Under the pieces are notes generated by a model, which made no database searches, was not told where the DNA came from, and was given only the letters and a program-made list of their open reading frames with translations. From Paracoccaceae bacterium (GTDB lineage Bacteria; Pseudomonadota; Alphaproteobacteria; Rhodobacterales; Rhodobacteraceae), in NCBI GenBank assembly GCA_024640245.1, contig JAHEFH010000002.1:263-64262 (forward strand): 64,000 nt of DNA. The letters are read 5' to 3'. Below are positions 51,175-61,168 of the stretch, in pieces (positions within the stretch are counted from its first letter, which is position 1; each line of letters opens with the position of its first letter). Position numbers and translations under genes: made by a program.

Positions 51175-52884
51175 ATGCGGGATTTTGTCGGGCGTTCCGG
51201 AGCAGCAGCGGCGCTCACGGTAATTGCGGTAACTTGGCAGGCGGGCGCGGCGCTGGCAGAAAATCTGGCGCTGGTGATTGGCAACAGCAGGTACCAGAAC
51301 ACGGTCAATGCGAAGGATGCAGGACGTGTTCTCGAACTGGACAAGGCGCTGGCAGAGGCCGGCTATCGTGTGCAGAAAGCGCAAAACGCAACCCGTGACG
51401 ACCTGCGCTCCATCCTGACCAATTTTGGGGACGACGCGATTGAGGCCGACCGCCTGATAGTTGTATTCGCCGGCCATATTCTGAACAACGGCACCGAGAC
51501 CTTTCTGACGCCGACCGACCTGAAAGACCCGAAACCGATCACCATCCAGTTGCAGGCCCCGTCACTGTCATCCTTCCTGGCGATTATGGCTGAGCACGCC
51601 GGAGGCGCCGCCATGTTCGTCGGTTACCACGGTGGCGAGGGCGGATTCTTTGCGGGTGAACCCGGATTTCGCGGGATCAACGGGCTGACACCCGGCCTTG
51701 GGCCGGTGACAGTGCCGCAAGGCGTTTTGCTGGCCAGTGGACCGCCCGCCAAACTTGTCGAGGCGCTGAAGTCCGGCTTTCTGAGCGTCGAGGCCACAAC
51801 GGCCAGTGTTGCCGAGGGTCTGGACCCGGAAGTCAGTGTTGCGGGCTATGTCTCGCGCTTCTCGACGCTCGCTCCCGGGCGCGATCAGACCGATGGGGCC
51901 ACCACCGGCGATGCGGATGCGCGCGAAGAGGCCTATTGGCGTATCGCAGAGACCCAGAAAACGCTTGCCGGCTACGAGGATTTCCTGAGCCGCTATCCTT
52001 CGGGCGCCTATTCCGAACTGGCGCGAATCAAGATCAGGGAAATGAAAGCCGCCGATGCGCAGCCACAAGTCAGCGCAGCGGAGCAAGCAGAGATCGACCT
52101 CAAGCTCAGTCGCGACGACCGCAAGCAGATCCAGCGCGACTTGACCATCCTGGAACACGACCCGCGGGGCGTTGACGGGCTGTTTGGTCCTGCAACGCGC
52201 CGTGCGATCAGCAGTTGGCAATTGGCCAACCGGTTTTCCGAAACCGGTTTTCTGGACCGCCGCCAACTGGATCTTTTGCGGGACCAAGCGCAGGTACGCA
52301 GCGAGCAACTGGCCGAAGAGGCGCGTCGCAAGGCCGAGGAACAGCGGCAGGCGGACATCCGGTTCTGGAATCAGACCGGCTCGAGCGGTCAGGAGGCCGA
52401 CTTGAGGGTCTATTTGCGAAACTACCCCGACGGGATTTACACTGAAGAGGCCCGCCGCCAGCTCGACGTGATCGAACGCGCGCGGATCGAGCAAAGCCAG
52501 GGACCGGAACGTACCGCTTGGCAGAGGGCCGAAGCCATCGGAACTGTGGATGCCTATAACGAGTACCTCGGAAGATATCCGAACGGGCTTTTCGCAGGGA
52601 CCGCGCGGGAACGCATCGAAGCGTTGCGCCAGGACGAGCAAGACCGTGACCGCCTGAACGAGGCGCAGCGAGAGGAAGACCGGCTTGGGTTGAACACACA
52701 GGCATGGCTGCTGATCGAACGCAAGCTGGAGAAAGAGGGACTCGATCCCGGACCGATCGACGGCACGCCGACCGACAAGACGCGAAGGGCGATTCGCAAA
52801 TACCAGAGCAGCGCCGGCCTGCCTGTTACCGGCTATATGGACCGCAGCACCCTGTCGCGGCTGATCCTGACAATCCGGTTCTAG
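51175..52884 (+). CDS. Exported caspase-like (C14) domain protein with two PG-binding domains and three helical repeats
   Basis: Signal peptide; LALVIGNSRY and VVFAGH; two DG.FG/DG.P..TRRAI PG_binding_1-like motifs; three W..Y/L..YL..YP.G repeats. Confidence 0.78.
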   Translation: MRDFVGRSGAAAALTVIAVTWQAGAALAENLALVIGNSRYQNTVNAKDAGRVLELDKALAEAGYRVQKAQNATRDDLRSILTNFGDDAIEADRLIVVFAGHILNNGTETFLTPTDLKDPKPITIQLQAPSLSSFLAIMAEHAGGAAMFVGYHGGEGGFFAGEPGFRGINGLTPGLGPVTVPQGVLLASGPPAKLVEALKSGFLSVEATTASVAEGLDPEVSVAGYVSRFSTLAPGRDQTDGATTGDADAREEAYWRIAETQKTLAGYEDFLSRYPSGAYSELARIKIREMKAADAQPQVSAAEQAEIDLKLSRDDRKQIQRDLTILEHDPRGVDGLFGPATRRAISSWQLANRFSETGFLDRRQLDLLRDQAQVRSEQLAEEARRKAEEQRQADIRFWNQTGSSGQEADLRVYLRNYPDGIYTEEARRQLDVIERARIEQSQGPERTAWQRAEAIGTVDAYNEYLGRYPNGLFAGTARERIEALRQDEQDRDRLNEAQREEDRLGLNTQAWLLIERKLEKEGLDPGPIDGTPTDKTRRAIRKYQSSAGLPVTGYMDRSTLSRLILTIRF

Positions 52885-52888
52885 AAAA

Positions 52889-52943
52889 GGGCGCGGTCAA
52901 GCGCGCCCAAATAAAAACGCCGCTGACTGGCAGCGGCGTTTTT
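52889..52943. terminator. Tandem hairpins including a bidirectional intrinsic terminator
   Basis: GGGCGCG-N6-CGCGCCC, then AAAAACGCCGCTG-ACTGG-CAGCGGCGTTTTT, between convergent genes. Confidence 0.85.
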
Positions 52944-52962
52944 TAAACCAAACTTCGGGTGA

Positions 52963-53088
52963 TCAGCCCTGGCGCGCTTTGTAGCGGCCCTGGGTTTTGT
53001 TGATCACGTAAACGCGGCCCTTACGACGTACAACACGGCAATCGCGGTGACGCGCCTTGAGCGAGCGAAGTGAGTTTCTGACCTTCAT
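52963..53088 (-). CDS. rpmJ: 50S ribosomal protein L36 (type B, non-zinc-ribbon)
   Basis: Below the ORF-track cutoff. Hand translation [41 protein letters not shown]; AAGGAG SD. Confidence 0.97.
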   Translation of the reverse strand: MKVRNSLRSLKARHRDCRVVRRKGRVYVINKTQGRYKARQG

Positions 53089-53159
53089 GGCCTTCTCCTT
53101 TTTTCGCGGCGCGACCGAACAGCCGGGCGCCAGGTTTGTTTCAGTCCCCCCGGAGGGGA

Positions 53160-53234
53160 TGGTGGGCGTAACTGGGATTGAACCAGTGACCCCTTCGATG
53201 TCAACGAAGTGCTCTCCCGCTGAGCTATACGCCC
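53160..53234 (-). tRNA. tRNA-Val(GAC)
   Basis: GGGCGTATAGCTCAGCGGGAGAGCACTTCGTTGACATCGAAGGGGTCACTGGTTCAATCCCAGTTACGCCCACCA folds as a cloverleaf with GAC anticodon and encoded CCA. Confidence 0.97.
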
Positions 53235-53352
53235 TGAAACAGAAACCGTCCTAAGACAGCCTTCGTAGACGCGCTCTATAGAAGGGATCCGCGACCTGTT
53301 CAAGAGGTTTTCAGTTCATTATCCTTTCTAATTGTGGCAAAAGAAGTCTGAC

Positions 53353-54213
53353 ATGACACCGATTGAATATTATCTGCGTGAACCGAAGCGGCTGACCAGT
53401 GCCGTTGTGTTCAGTTCGCCACATAGCGGGCGTGACTATCCTGCCGCATTCTTGCGTGACAGTGTGCTGGACGACCGCGCCCTGCGCAGTTCCGAAGATG
53501 CCTTTGTCGAGGATCTGTTCGGCGCCGCGCCGGATTTCGGCGCTCCTCTGATCTCGGCCTCCGCTCCACGCGCCTATGTCGATCTGAACCGGTCGATAGA
53601 GGATCTCGATTCGGCGATCATCCGGGGCGTTTCGCGTGGCCGCCAGAATTCGCGGGTCGCCTCGGGCCTTGGCGTTATACCGCGGGTGGTGTCGGAAGGC
53701 AGGGCGATTCGTTCCGGCAAGATACCTTTCGAAGAGGCGCTCGAAAGGCTGGAGAGCTATTACACGCCCTATCATGCGCGCCTGCAGCAACTTCTGCAGC
53801 AGGCACGGACAGAGTTCGGGCAGGTATTGCTGGTCGATTGCCACTCGATGCCGAGCGAGGCGGTCAACCACGGTCGTGGCGAGGGAATTGCGCGGCCGCA
53901 GGTTGTGCTCGGCGACAGGTTTGGAGCATCCTGCAGCAAGGTTTACGTGGACCAGATCGAGACGATCTTCCGTCAGGAAGGTTTCTCCGTGATGCGCAAT
54001 TCGCCCTTTGCTGGCGCCTATATTACACAGGCCTATGGCCGTCCGGCCGCCGGACAGCATGCGATCCAGATAGAAATTGACCGCAGCCTCTATATGAACG
54101 AGGCGACGATCTGTACGACCAGCGAATATGCCAGCACCAAACGCCGGCTGACTGCGGTGGTGCGGCAGATTTGCGATATCGCGATGCCGCAGGTCGGTCT
54201 GGCCGCAGAATAG
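53353..54213 (+). CDS. N-formylglutamate amidohydrolase family protein
   Basis: SSPHSG, RAYVDLNR, YYTPYH, DCHSMP, NSPFAG, IQIEIDR. Confidence 0.88.
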   Translation: MTPIEYYLREPKRLTSAVVFSSPHSGRDYPAAFLRDSVLDDRALRSSEDAFVEDLFGAAPDFGAPLISASAPRAYVDLNRSIEDLDSAIIRGVSRGRQNSRVASGLGVIPRVVSEGRAIRSGKIPFEEALERLESYYTPYHARLQQLLQQARTEFGQVLLVDCHSMPSEAVNHGRGEGIARPQVVLGDRFGASCSKVYVDQIETIFRQEGFSVMRNSPFAGAYITQAYGRPAAGQHAIQIEIDRSLYMNEATICTTSEYASTKRRLTAVVRQICDIAMPQVGLAAE

Positions 54214-54225
54214 CCTGCCCAGCCG

Positions 54226-55485
54226 TTACCGCAAAGCGCGCCCCTTCAGAATGGCGTCCTTCCCGAATCGTTTGCGGATCGTGTCTGTCGCGTTTTCGGC
54301 CTTTGCCTTGGCGGCTTTGTCCCGTTCCAGTAGGTCATTGAACTGGTCCGCCTCGGCGGCGGAGAAAAGCTCGCTAATGCCGACACCGATCAGGCGGAAA
54401 GGGGCCTTGTCCATCACGTCGTCCAGCATCGGGCGCGCCGTGTCGTAGATGCGCCCGGCGCTTTGCGTCGGTTCGCGCAGGCTGACGCGGCGCGTCAGGC
54501 TCTGGTGGTTGGAGCGTTTGACCTTCAACGTCACGATCCGGCCCGATTTTTCTTTGGCCTTGGCGCGGTCCGAGACCTGTTCGGCCAGCCGCCACAGATA
54601 ACCGTCGAGCCGTTCAATGTCGGAAATGTCGTCGAAGAACGTGGTTTCCTTGGAGATGCTCTTGACGCTGGCGCTCTGCTGTATCCGCCGGCTGTCCTGC
54701 CCGCGCGCCAGGTGCCAGAGCCGGTCGCCCATTGACCCGTAAGCCGCGCTAAGGTCAGTGCGGTCACGACGGCGCAGATCGGCGAACGTCCGGATGCCGT
54801 CGCGTTCCAGACGCATCTGCATTGCCTTGCCGACGCCCCATATCAGTTTCACAGGTTTGGGGGCCAGCAACGATTCGGTTTCGGCCGCTCCGATCAGGGA
54901 AAACCCGCGCGGCTTGTCGAAATCGGAGGCCATCTTCGCCAGAAACTTGTTGTGCGACAGGCCTACGGATCCCGACAGCCCCAGTTCGGTCTGCATCCGT
55001 TTCACCAGCCGTGCCATGGATTTAGCGGGCGAGGCGTGGTGCAGGCGTTCGGTCCCGGTCAGATCCAGAAATGCCTCGTCCAGCGACAGCGGCTCGACCA
55101 CCGGAGTCAGGTCCTGCATCATCTGGCGGATTTGCCGAGACACCTCGACATAGACTTCCATGCGCGGGCGCACGACGACGGCCTCGGGGCAGAGTTTAAG
55201 GGCCTGGAACATCGGCATCGCCGACTTCACGCCCTTGATGCGCGCGATATAGCAGGCAGTGGAAACGACGCCGCGCTTTCCGCCGCCGATGATTACAGGT
55301 TTGTCGCGCAGGTCCGGATTGTCACGTTTTTCGACCGAGGCATAGAAAGCGTCGCAGTCCATATGCGCGATGCTCAGGCTGTTGAGTTCCGGATGCGCGA
55401 GGACGCGCGGCGAGCCGCAGTTCGGGCAGCGCTTCGCGGCGGGAAAATCGGTCAGGCAGTCACGACAGAGGGCGGGGATCGGCAT
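54226..55485 (-). CDS. dinB: DNA polymerase IV
   Basis: HMDCDAFYASVE, STACY, SLDEAFLD, SHNKFLAK; N-terminal CxxC..CxxC motif. Confidence 0.96.
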   Translation of the reverse strand: MPIPALCRDCLTDFPAAKRCPNCGSPRVLAHPELNSLSIAHMDCDAFYASVEKRDNPDLRDKPVIIGGGKRGVVSTACYIARIKGVKSAMPMFQALKLCPEAVVVRPRMEVYVEVSRQIRQMMQDLTPVVEPLSLDEAFLDLTGTERLHHASPAKSMARLVKRMQTELGLSGSVGLSHNKFLAKMASDFDKPRGFSLIGAAETESLLAPKPVKLIWGVGKAMQMRLERDGIRTFADLRRRDRTDLSAAYGSMGDRLWHLARGQDSRRIQQSASVKSISKETTFFDDISDIERLDGYLWRLAEQVSDRAKAKEKSGRIVTLKVKRSNHQSLTRRVSLREPTQSAGRIYDTARPMLDDVMDKAPFRLIGVGISELFSAAEADQFNDLLERDKAAKAKAENATDTIRKRFGKDAILKGRALR

Positions 55486-55524
55486 GGACCGATTATCTCA
55501 GGTTTCGGGGAGTCGGGGAAGGCC

Positions 55525-56220
55525 CTAGACGGTGCCCAGTTCCGCCAGAATATCCAGTGCCGCCTGCCGCGGGTTTTCCGCCGCCCAGACAGGGCGTCCG
55601 ACCACGATGTGGTCGGCTCCGTCGCGGATGGCGGAGGCTGGTGTCGCCACACGTTTCTGGTCTCCGAGCGCGGCGCCTGCGGGGCGCACGCCGGGCGTGA
55701 CGATCAACCTGCCCCTGGCCTCCGGCAGTTCGCGGATCAGGGCGGCCTCTTGCGGGCTGGCGATCACTCCGTCGGCGCCGGCCAGAAAGGCGCGGCGCGC
55801 ACGCTCGATGACCAGGTCCTGAATCTCGCCGGAGCGGATCAGGCAGTCGTCCAGATCGGAACGGTCGAGCGACGTCAGGATGGTCACGGCAAGGATTTTC
55901 AGATCGCTGTCGCCACGTCCGGCAACGGCGGCGCGCACCACATGCGGATCGCCGTGCACGGTCAGGAAATCGAGGTCGAATTGAGCGATCCCGGCGACGG
56001 CTTTTTCGACGGTCGCGCCGATATCGAAGAATTTCATGTCCAGAAAGACGCGCTTGCCGCGGGCCTTGAGTTCGTTGGCCAGCGCCAGACCGCCGCCGGT
56101 CAGCATGCCGAGCCCGATCTTGTAAAAGGACACGGCATCGCCGAGCTGGTCCACGACCTGTTCGCCCACGATCACGTTGGGCACATCGAGGGCAACTATC
56201 AGGCGGTCATCAGCGGTCAT
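55525..56220 (-). CDS. pyrF: Orotidine-5'-phosphate decarboxylase
   Basis: LIVALD, FLDMKFFDIGATV, AVTILTS, TPGVRP, VVGRP. Confidence 0.96.
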   Translation of the reverse strand: MTADDRLIVALDVPNVIVGEQVVDQLGDAVSFYKIGLGMLTGGGLALANELKARGKRVFLDMKFFDIGATVEKAVAGIAQFDLDFLTVHGDPHVVRAAVAGRGDSDLKILAVTILTSLDRSDLDDCLIRSGEIQDLVIERARRAFLAGADGVIASPQEAALIRELPEARGRLIVTPGVRPAGAALGDQKRVATPASAIRDGADHIVVGRPVWAAENPRQAALDILAELGTV

Positions 56221-56289
56221 TCGGCAGCTCCTTTTGGGTTGGTGCCTCTTGGGCGTTTCAACGGCCAAAGTCAAGAATGGCGGCGCGGC

Positions 56290-57072
56290 TCAGGCCAGTC
56301 GCGATCCGACAGTTACCCACTGGGCGATCATTTCTATCGGTCCGTAGCTGGTGATGAAGGCCACGTCGGCCGCATCCTGGCCGACACCGATCCGTGCAAT
56401 ATTGCCGGCGCATGCCATGCCGGTCGGATCGACCAGATGCCATGCGCCGTCCAACCAGACCTCTGCCACCGCATGGAAATCCTGCGGCACCACGCCGGGC
56501 GCGTAAACGCTGGCGAAGCGAGCCGGTATGCCAGAGGCGCGGGCGAGTGTGATCAGCACATGGGCGAAATCGCGGCAGATACCCTGACGCTGCACGAAGG
56601 TGTCCTTCGCTGTGGTCTGCGAATTGCTGCAACCGGGAGCGTAAAGAAACTTGGACTCGATCCAGTCTCGTATCGCCGCGATCCGCGCACCGCCTTGCAG
56701 CGAGCCGAATTCAGCCGTGACGAAATTCTGGAACTCGTCCGTTGGGCAATAGCGCGATGGCATGAGGTATTTGACGACATCGCCGGGCAGCTGATGCGGC
56801 GGCGTTGCACACAGGACGCAAATGTCGTGCGTCGGACGGGCTATTGCGATGCTGGCGGTATAGTCGCAGACCAGTTCCTGTTCGACATGCAGCCAGATAC
56901 GCTCGCCGATGCCATCCTCTGCCGCGATCCGCGTGTGGGGAAGCGCACCAGCCAGCGACAGGCCCGAATCGAGTACCGGCTGGTCGGGCAGGTGCGCTGC
57001 CTCTACCTGCAAAAGCAGGTCAGCGGCTTGCGCCATGCGATAGTGCAGATGGACGGTCAGATCGAGGATCAT
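56290..57072 (-). CDS. Transglutaminase-like family protein
   Basis: Intact C-H-D triad: GICRDFAH, DFHAVAEV, LVDPT. Confidence 0.9.
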   Translation of the reverse strand: MILDLTVHLHYRMAQAADLLLQVEAAHLPDQPVLDSGLSLAGALPHTRIAAEDGIGERIWLHVEQELVCDYTASIAIARPTHDICVLCATPPHQLPGDVVKYLMPSRYCPTDEFQNFVTAEFGSLQGGARIAAIRDWIESKFLYAPGCSNSQTTAKDTFVQRQGICRDFAHVLITLARASGIPARFASVYAPGVVPQDFHAVAEVWLDGAWHLVDPTGMACAGNIARIGVGQDAADVAFITSYGPIEMIAQWVTVGSRLA

Positions 57073-57190
57073 GCAGTGCGGGCCGATGCGGTAAGGAGTT
57101 TCGGAATGGCGTCGCGCGGTCGGCGACTCGGCGGCTATAGCCGATCCGCAAGTCGCCGTGAACCGTTAATCGGGTTGGGCAAGGGTGTTG

Positions 57191-57562
57191 TTACCACGTG
57201 CGCAGGAACTCGGAGATTGCCGCGCGGGTCTGCGGAAACAGCAGCGGTGTTACGACGATGATCTGAAACCATAGAATCCAGTTCAGTTGGCGGCCAAACG
57301 GCTGTTTGTAGGTTTTGTGCCGGAAATGCCTCTGTGCGACTTTCGCGCCGATCGAGCCGCCGAAAAACGCCATCCTCAGCAATGTCGCCTCGGGCATCCG
57401 GCGACGGCCGATACGGGCGCAATGCTTGTCCCAGCCGAAGGCTAGGAATGTGGCGAGGTTGACGCCGGCATAGGCTGCGAAGTCGATCAAATATGGACTG
57501 TTAAAAATCACTCGAAGTCCAGAGGCAAATGGCGAATGCGGCGAGGTTAGGGGCGTCGCCAT
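57191..57562 (-). CDS. DUF1294 family small membrane protein (start uncertain)
   Basis: NLATFLAFGWDK, RRRMPEATL, GGSIGA, FRHKTYK. Confidence 0.85.
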   Translation of the reverse strand: MATPLTSPHSPFASGLRVIFNSPYLIDFAAYAGVNLATFLAFGWDKHCARIGRRRMPEATLLRMAFFGGSIGAKVAQRHFRHKTYKQPFGRQLNWILWFQIIVVTPLLFPQTRAAISEFLRTW

Positions 57563-57597
57563 ATTCCCGCAAGCCGGAACTTGGCTGCGTTCCGCTG

Positions 57598-58293
57598 TCA
57601 GACCACCGCGCCGAACAGCGTGCCGACTGCGGCCGTTATTGCCATTGCGACCGCGCCCCAGAAAGTGACCCGGATGGTTGCCTTCTTCATATCCGCGCCG
57701 CCTGCCTTTGCCCCAAGGGCACCGAGTACGGCAAGGAAGATCAGGGTCGAGACAATTACCAAGTAGATTAGGGCGTTCGGCGGCGACAGTAGAACGATGG
57801 CGAGCGGCAGGGCGGCACCAACCGAAAATGTTGCGGCAGAGGTCAACGCCGCCTGTAACGGGCGGGCCGTGGTAATCTCGGATATGCCCAGTTCCTCGCG
57901 GGCATGGGCGCCCAGCGCGTCATGCTCCGTCATTTGTTCCGCGACTTTGAGGGCGGTTGCCGCCGTGACGCCGCGCGCTTCGAAAAAACCGGCAAGCTCT
58001 TTCAACTCGTGCTCCGGCATCTCGGCCAGTTCGCGGCGTTCCCGCGCCAGATCGGCGTTTTCGGTATCGGATTGCGAGCTGACAGAGACGTATTCGCCAG
58101 CTGCCATAGACATGGCGCCAGCCACCAGACCGGCGGTGCCGGCCAGGAGGATGTCACCCGTCGCCGCGGCTGAGGCCGCGACCCCGACGATCAGGCTGGC
58201 GGTTGATACCAGCCCGTCATTTGCACCAAGGACCGCCGCGCGCAACCAGCCGACGCGATGCGCGCTGTGGGTTTCAGTGTGGAGTCTGGCCAT
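57598..58293 (-). CDS. VIT1/CCC1 family Fe/Mn transporter
   Basis: LRAAVLGANDGLVS, SMAAGEYVSVSSQ, HAREELG. Confidence 0.93.
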   Translation of the reverse strand: MARLHTETHSAHRVGWLRAAVLGANDGLVSTASLIVGVAASAAATGDILLAGTAGLVAGAMSMAAGEYVSVSSQSDTENADLARERRELAEMPEHELKELAGFFEARGVTAATALKVAEQMTEHDALGAHAREELGISEITTARPLQAALTSAATFSVGAALPLAIVLLSPPNALIYLVIVSTLIFLAVLGALGAKAGGADMKKATIRVTFWGAVAMAITAAVGTLFGAVV

Positions 58294-58308
58294 CGTGTCC
58301 CCGCCATT

Positions 58309-58322
58309 TTGATCTGGGTCAA
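58309..58322. promoter_or_regulatory. Putative FNR/FnrL box
   Basis: TTGAT-CTGG-GTCAA matches TTGAY-N4-RTCAA. Confidence 0.5.
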
Positions 58323-58449
58323 CGCTATCACGGATTTTGCGTGTATGGCTATAATCTCAATAGATGCGAGCCTTTATGGAGCGAATTTTGCCGCGTGTGT
58401 TGCCTAACCATGAATTCCGGAGGGTCCGCCAATTTCTGGCCGAAATGCC

Positions 58450-58478
58450 CTTGCGGGTGCGGCGGCGGCTTCCTATCT
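58450..58478 (+). promoter_or_regulatory. Putative RpoH (sigma32) promoter of clpB
   Basis: CTTG-N18-CCTATCT resembles the alphaproteobacterial RpoH consensus and lies upstream of a heat-shock gene. Confidence 0.6.
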
Positions 58479-58558
58479 CTGGTATCAAAGGCTTGCACAT
58501 TTACGTGCCTCCGAGAGGGCGTGGAATTCAACGCAGGCGCTTAATCAAGGAGTGACCC

Positions 58559-61168
58559 ATGGACTTAGAAAAGTTCACCGAGCGGTCTCGCGGCTTCATA
58601 CAGGCCGCACAGACCATTGCTATGCGCGATAGCCATCAGCGTTTTACCCCCGAACATTTGCTCAAGGCCCTGCTGGACGACAGTGAGGGGCTTGCCGCCA
58701 ACCTGATCAACAGCGCCGGCGGCGAGGCCGATACGGTGTTGCAGGATGTCGATGCATTTCTGGCGAAAATGCCGAAAGTTTCTGGCGATGCAGGCAGTAT
58801 CTATCTGGACAGCCAGACCGGAAAGGTTCTGGCCGAAGCCGAGAAGATCGCCCAGAAGGCGGGCGACAGCTTCGTTCCGGTCGAGCGCATCCTGACCGCG
58901 CTGTGTGTGGTCAAGTCCGATGCCCAGACCGCGCTGAAAAACGGTGGCGTGACGGCGCAGAACCTGAATGCCGCGATCAATGACATCCGCAAGGGGCGCA
59001 CCGCAGACACGGCCAGTGCCGAAAGCGGTTATGACGCGCTGAAGAAATATGCCCGTGACCTTACCGAAGCGGCCCGCGAAGGTAAAATTGATCCGATCAT
59101 CGGCCGCGACGAGGAAATCCGGCGCGCGATGCAGGTCCTGTCGCGCCGCACCAAGAACAACCCGGTGCTGATCGGTGAGCCCGGCGTTGGTAAAACTGCG
59201 ATCGCCGAGGGACTGGCCCTGCGGATCGTCAACCGCGATGTGCCAGACAGCTTGGAAAACAAGAAACTGATGGCGTTGGATATGGGCTCGCTGATTGCGG
59301 GCGCGAAGTACCGCGGTGAGTTTGAGGAGCGCCTCAAGGCTGTTCTGTCCGAAGTGACCGCCGCCGCCGGCGAGATCATTCTGTTTATCGACGAGATGCA
59401 CACGCTGGTGGGTGCCGGCAAGGCGGACGGGGCGATGGATGCCTCCAACCTGCTGAAGCCCGCGCTTGCGCGCGGAGAACTGCACTGTGTTGGCGCCACG
59501 ACGCTGAGCGAATACCGCAAATATGTCGAGAAGGACGCGGCGCTTGCGCGACGGTTCCAGCCAGTTCTGGTCGAAGAGCCGACGGTCGAGGATACAATCT
59601 CGATCCTGCGCGGCATCAAAGAAAAATACGAACTGCACCATGGTATCCGTATCTCGGATGCGGCGCTGGTGTCGGCCGCGACCCTGTCGCACCGCTATAT
59701 CACCGACCGGTTCCTGCCGGACAAGGCTATCGACCTGATGGACGAGGCCGCAAGCCGTCTGCGCATGGAGGTGGACTCCAAGCCGGAGGCGCTGGACGCC
59801 ATCGACCGCGAGATGTTGCAAAAGCAGATCGAGGCCGAGGCCCTGAAGAAAGAGACCGACGCGGCGTCGAAGGACCGGCTGAAAAAGCTGGAGAAGGACC
59901 TTGCGGTTCTGCAGGAGCAGTCCAGCCAGATGACCGCCCGCTGGCAGGCCGAGCGTGACAAACTGGCCGGAGCCCGCGACATCAAGGAAAAACTGGACCA
60001 GGCGCGCAACGAGTTCGATAATGCGAAACGCGCGGGTGATCTGGCCAAGATGGGCGAGTTGCAATACGGCGTGATTCCCGATCTGGAAAAGAAACTGAAA
60101 AAAGCCGAAGAAGCCGGTGACGATGTCATGGTTGAAGAAGCCGTACGCCCCGAGCATATCGCGTCGGTCGTCGAGCGTTGGACCGGTATTCCGGTGGACA
60201 AGATGCTGGAAGGCGAACGCGATAAACTGCTGCGCATGGAGGACTCTCTCGGCAAGCGGGTGATCGGCCAGTTCGATGCGGTTCACGCGGTATCTAACGC
60301 AGTGCGCCGCGCAAGGGCCGGGCTGAACGATCCGAACCGGCCGCTTGGTTCTTTCATGTTCCTAGGGCCAACGGGTGTCGGCAAGACCGAGTTGACCAAG
60401 GCGCTGGCAGAGTTCCTGTTTGCCGATGATAGCGCCATGGTGCGGATCGACATGTCGGAGTACATGGAGAAACACTCCGTTGCCCGTCTGATCGGAGCAC
60501 CTCCGGGCTATGTCGGCTATGACGAGGGCGGTTCGCTGACCGAAGCGGTGCGGCGCAGACCCTATCAGGTGCTGCTGTTCGACGAGGTCGAAAAGGCGCA
60601 TCCCGACGTTTTCAACGTCCTGTTGCAGGTTTTGGACGACGGCGTTCTGACCGACGGGCAGGGCCGGACCGTGGACTTCAAGCAGACGCTGATTGTTCTG
60701 ACCTCGAACCTCGGCGCGCAGGCGCTGAGCCAGTTGCCAGACGGCGCCGACGCGAAGCAGGCCAAAGATCAGGTAATGGATGCCGTACGGGGCCACTTCC
60801 GGCCCGAGTTCCTGAACCGTCTGGACGAGATCGTGCTGTTCGACCGGCTCAGCCGCAAGGACATGGACGGGATCGTTGATATCCAGCTGGACGAATTGCG
60901 CAAACGCCTCGCTACGCGCAAGATCATGCTGGACGTGGACGCGGCGGCCCGGACTTGGCTGGCCGATAAGGGCTATGACCCGGTCTATGGAGCGCGGCCT
61001 CTGAAGCGCGTGATCCAGAAGGCGCTACAGGACGAACTGGCAGAGCTTTTGCTGGCCGGTGATGTTCTGGACGGGTCCACGGTGACTGTGACCGCGGGGG
61101 CCGAGGGCCTGTTGATCAACGGCAAGGCTGCAACGCCGAGGATGCCGAGACCGGCGACCGTTCATTAG
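58559..61168 (+). CDS. clpB: ATP-dependent disaggregase ClpB
   Basis: Two Walker A motifs ([16 protein letters not shown]), middle coiled-coil domain, YGARPLKR. Confidence 0.98.
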   Translation: MDLEKFTERSRGFIQAAQTIAMRDSHQRFTPEHLLKALLDDSEGLAANLINSAGGEADTVLQDVDAFLAKMPKVSGDAGSIYLDSQTGKVLAEAEKIAQKAGDSFVPVERILTALCVVKSDAQTALKNGGVTAQNLNAAINDIRKGRTADTASAESGYDALKKYARDLTEAAREGKIDPIIGRDEEIRRAMQVLSRRTKNNPVLIGEPGVGKTAIAEGLALRIVNRDVPDSLENKKLMALDMGSLIAGAKYRGEFEERLKAVLSEVTAAAGEIILFIDEMHTLVGAGKADGAMDASNLLKPALARGELHCVGATTLSEYRKYVEKDAALARRFQPVLVEEPTVEDTISILRGIKEKYELHHGIRISDAALVSAATLSHRYITDRFLPDKAIDLMDEAASRLRMEVDSKPEALDAIDREMLQKQIEAEALKKETDAASKDRLKKLEKDLAVLQEQSSQMTARWQAERDKLAGARDIKEKLDQARNEFDNAKRAGDLAKMGELQYGVIPDLEKKLKKAEEAGDDVMVEEAVRPEHIASVVERWTGIPVDKMLEGERDKLLRMEDSLGKRVIGQFDAVHAVSNAVRRARAGLNDPNRPLGSFMFLGPTGVGKTELTKALAEFLFADDSAMVRIDMSEYMEKHSVARLIGAPPGYVGYDEGGSLTEAVRRRPYQVLLFDEVEKAHPDVFNVLLQVLDDGVLTDGQGRTVDFKQTLIVLTSNLGAQALSQLPDGADAKQAKDQVMDAVRGHFRPEFLNRLDEIVLFDRLSRKDMDGIVDIQLDELRKRLATRKIMLDVDAAARTWLADKGYDPVYGARPLKRVIQKALQDELAELLLAGDVLDGSTVTVTAGAEGLLINGKAATPRMPRPATVH

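Noticed and set aside
54952-57261. 769-aa plus-strand ORF spanning dinB, pyrF and the transglutaminase gene
   Set aside because: It is in exact antisense codon register with all three genes (offsets divisible by 3). Antisense stops need TTA/CTA/TCA codons, which are rare here. No recognisable motifs, so a shadow ORF.
58565-60286. 573-aa antisense ORF over clpB; similar ones over purH (34712..36283), ALDH (22341..23840), pnp, cobN and smc
   Set aside because: Mirror-frame artefacts of high GC3 codon usage; the opposite strand carries the unambiguous conserved protein.
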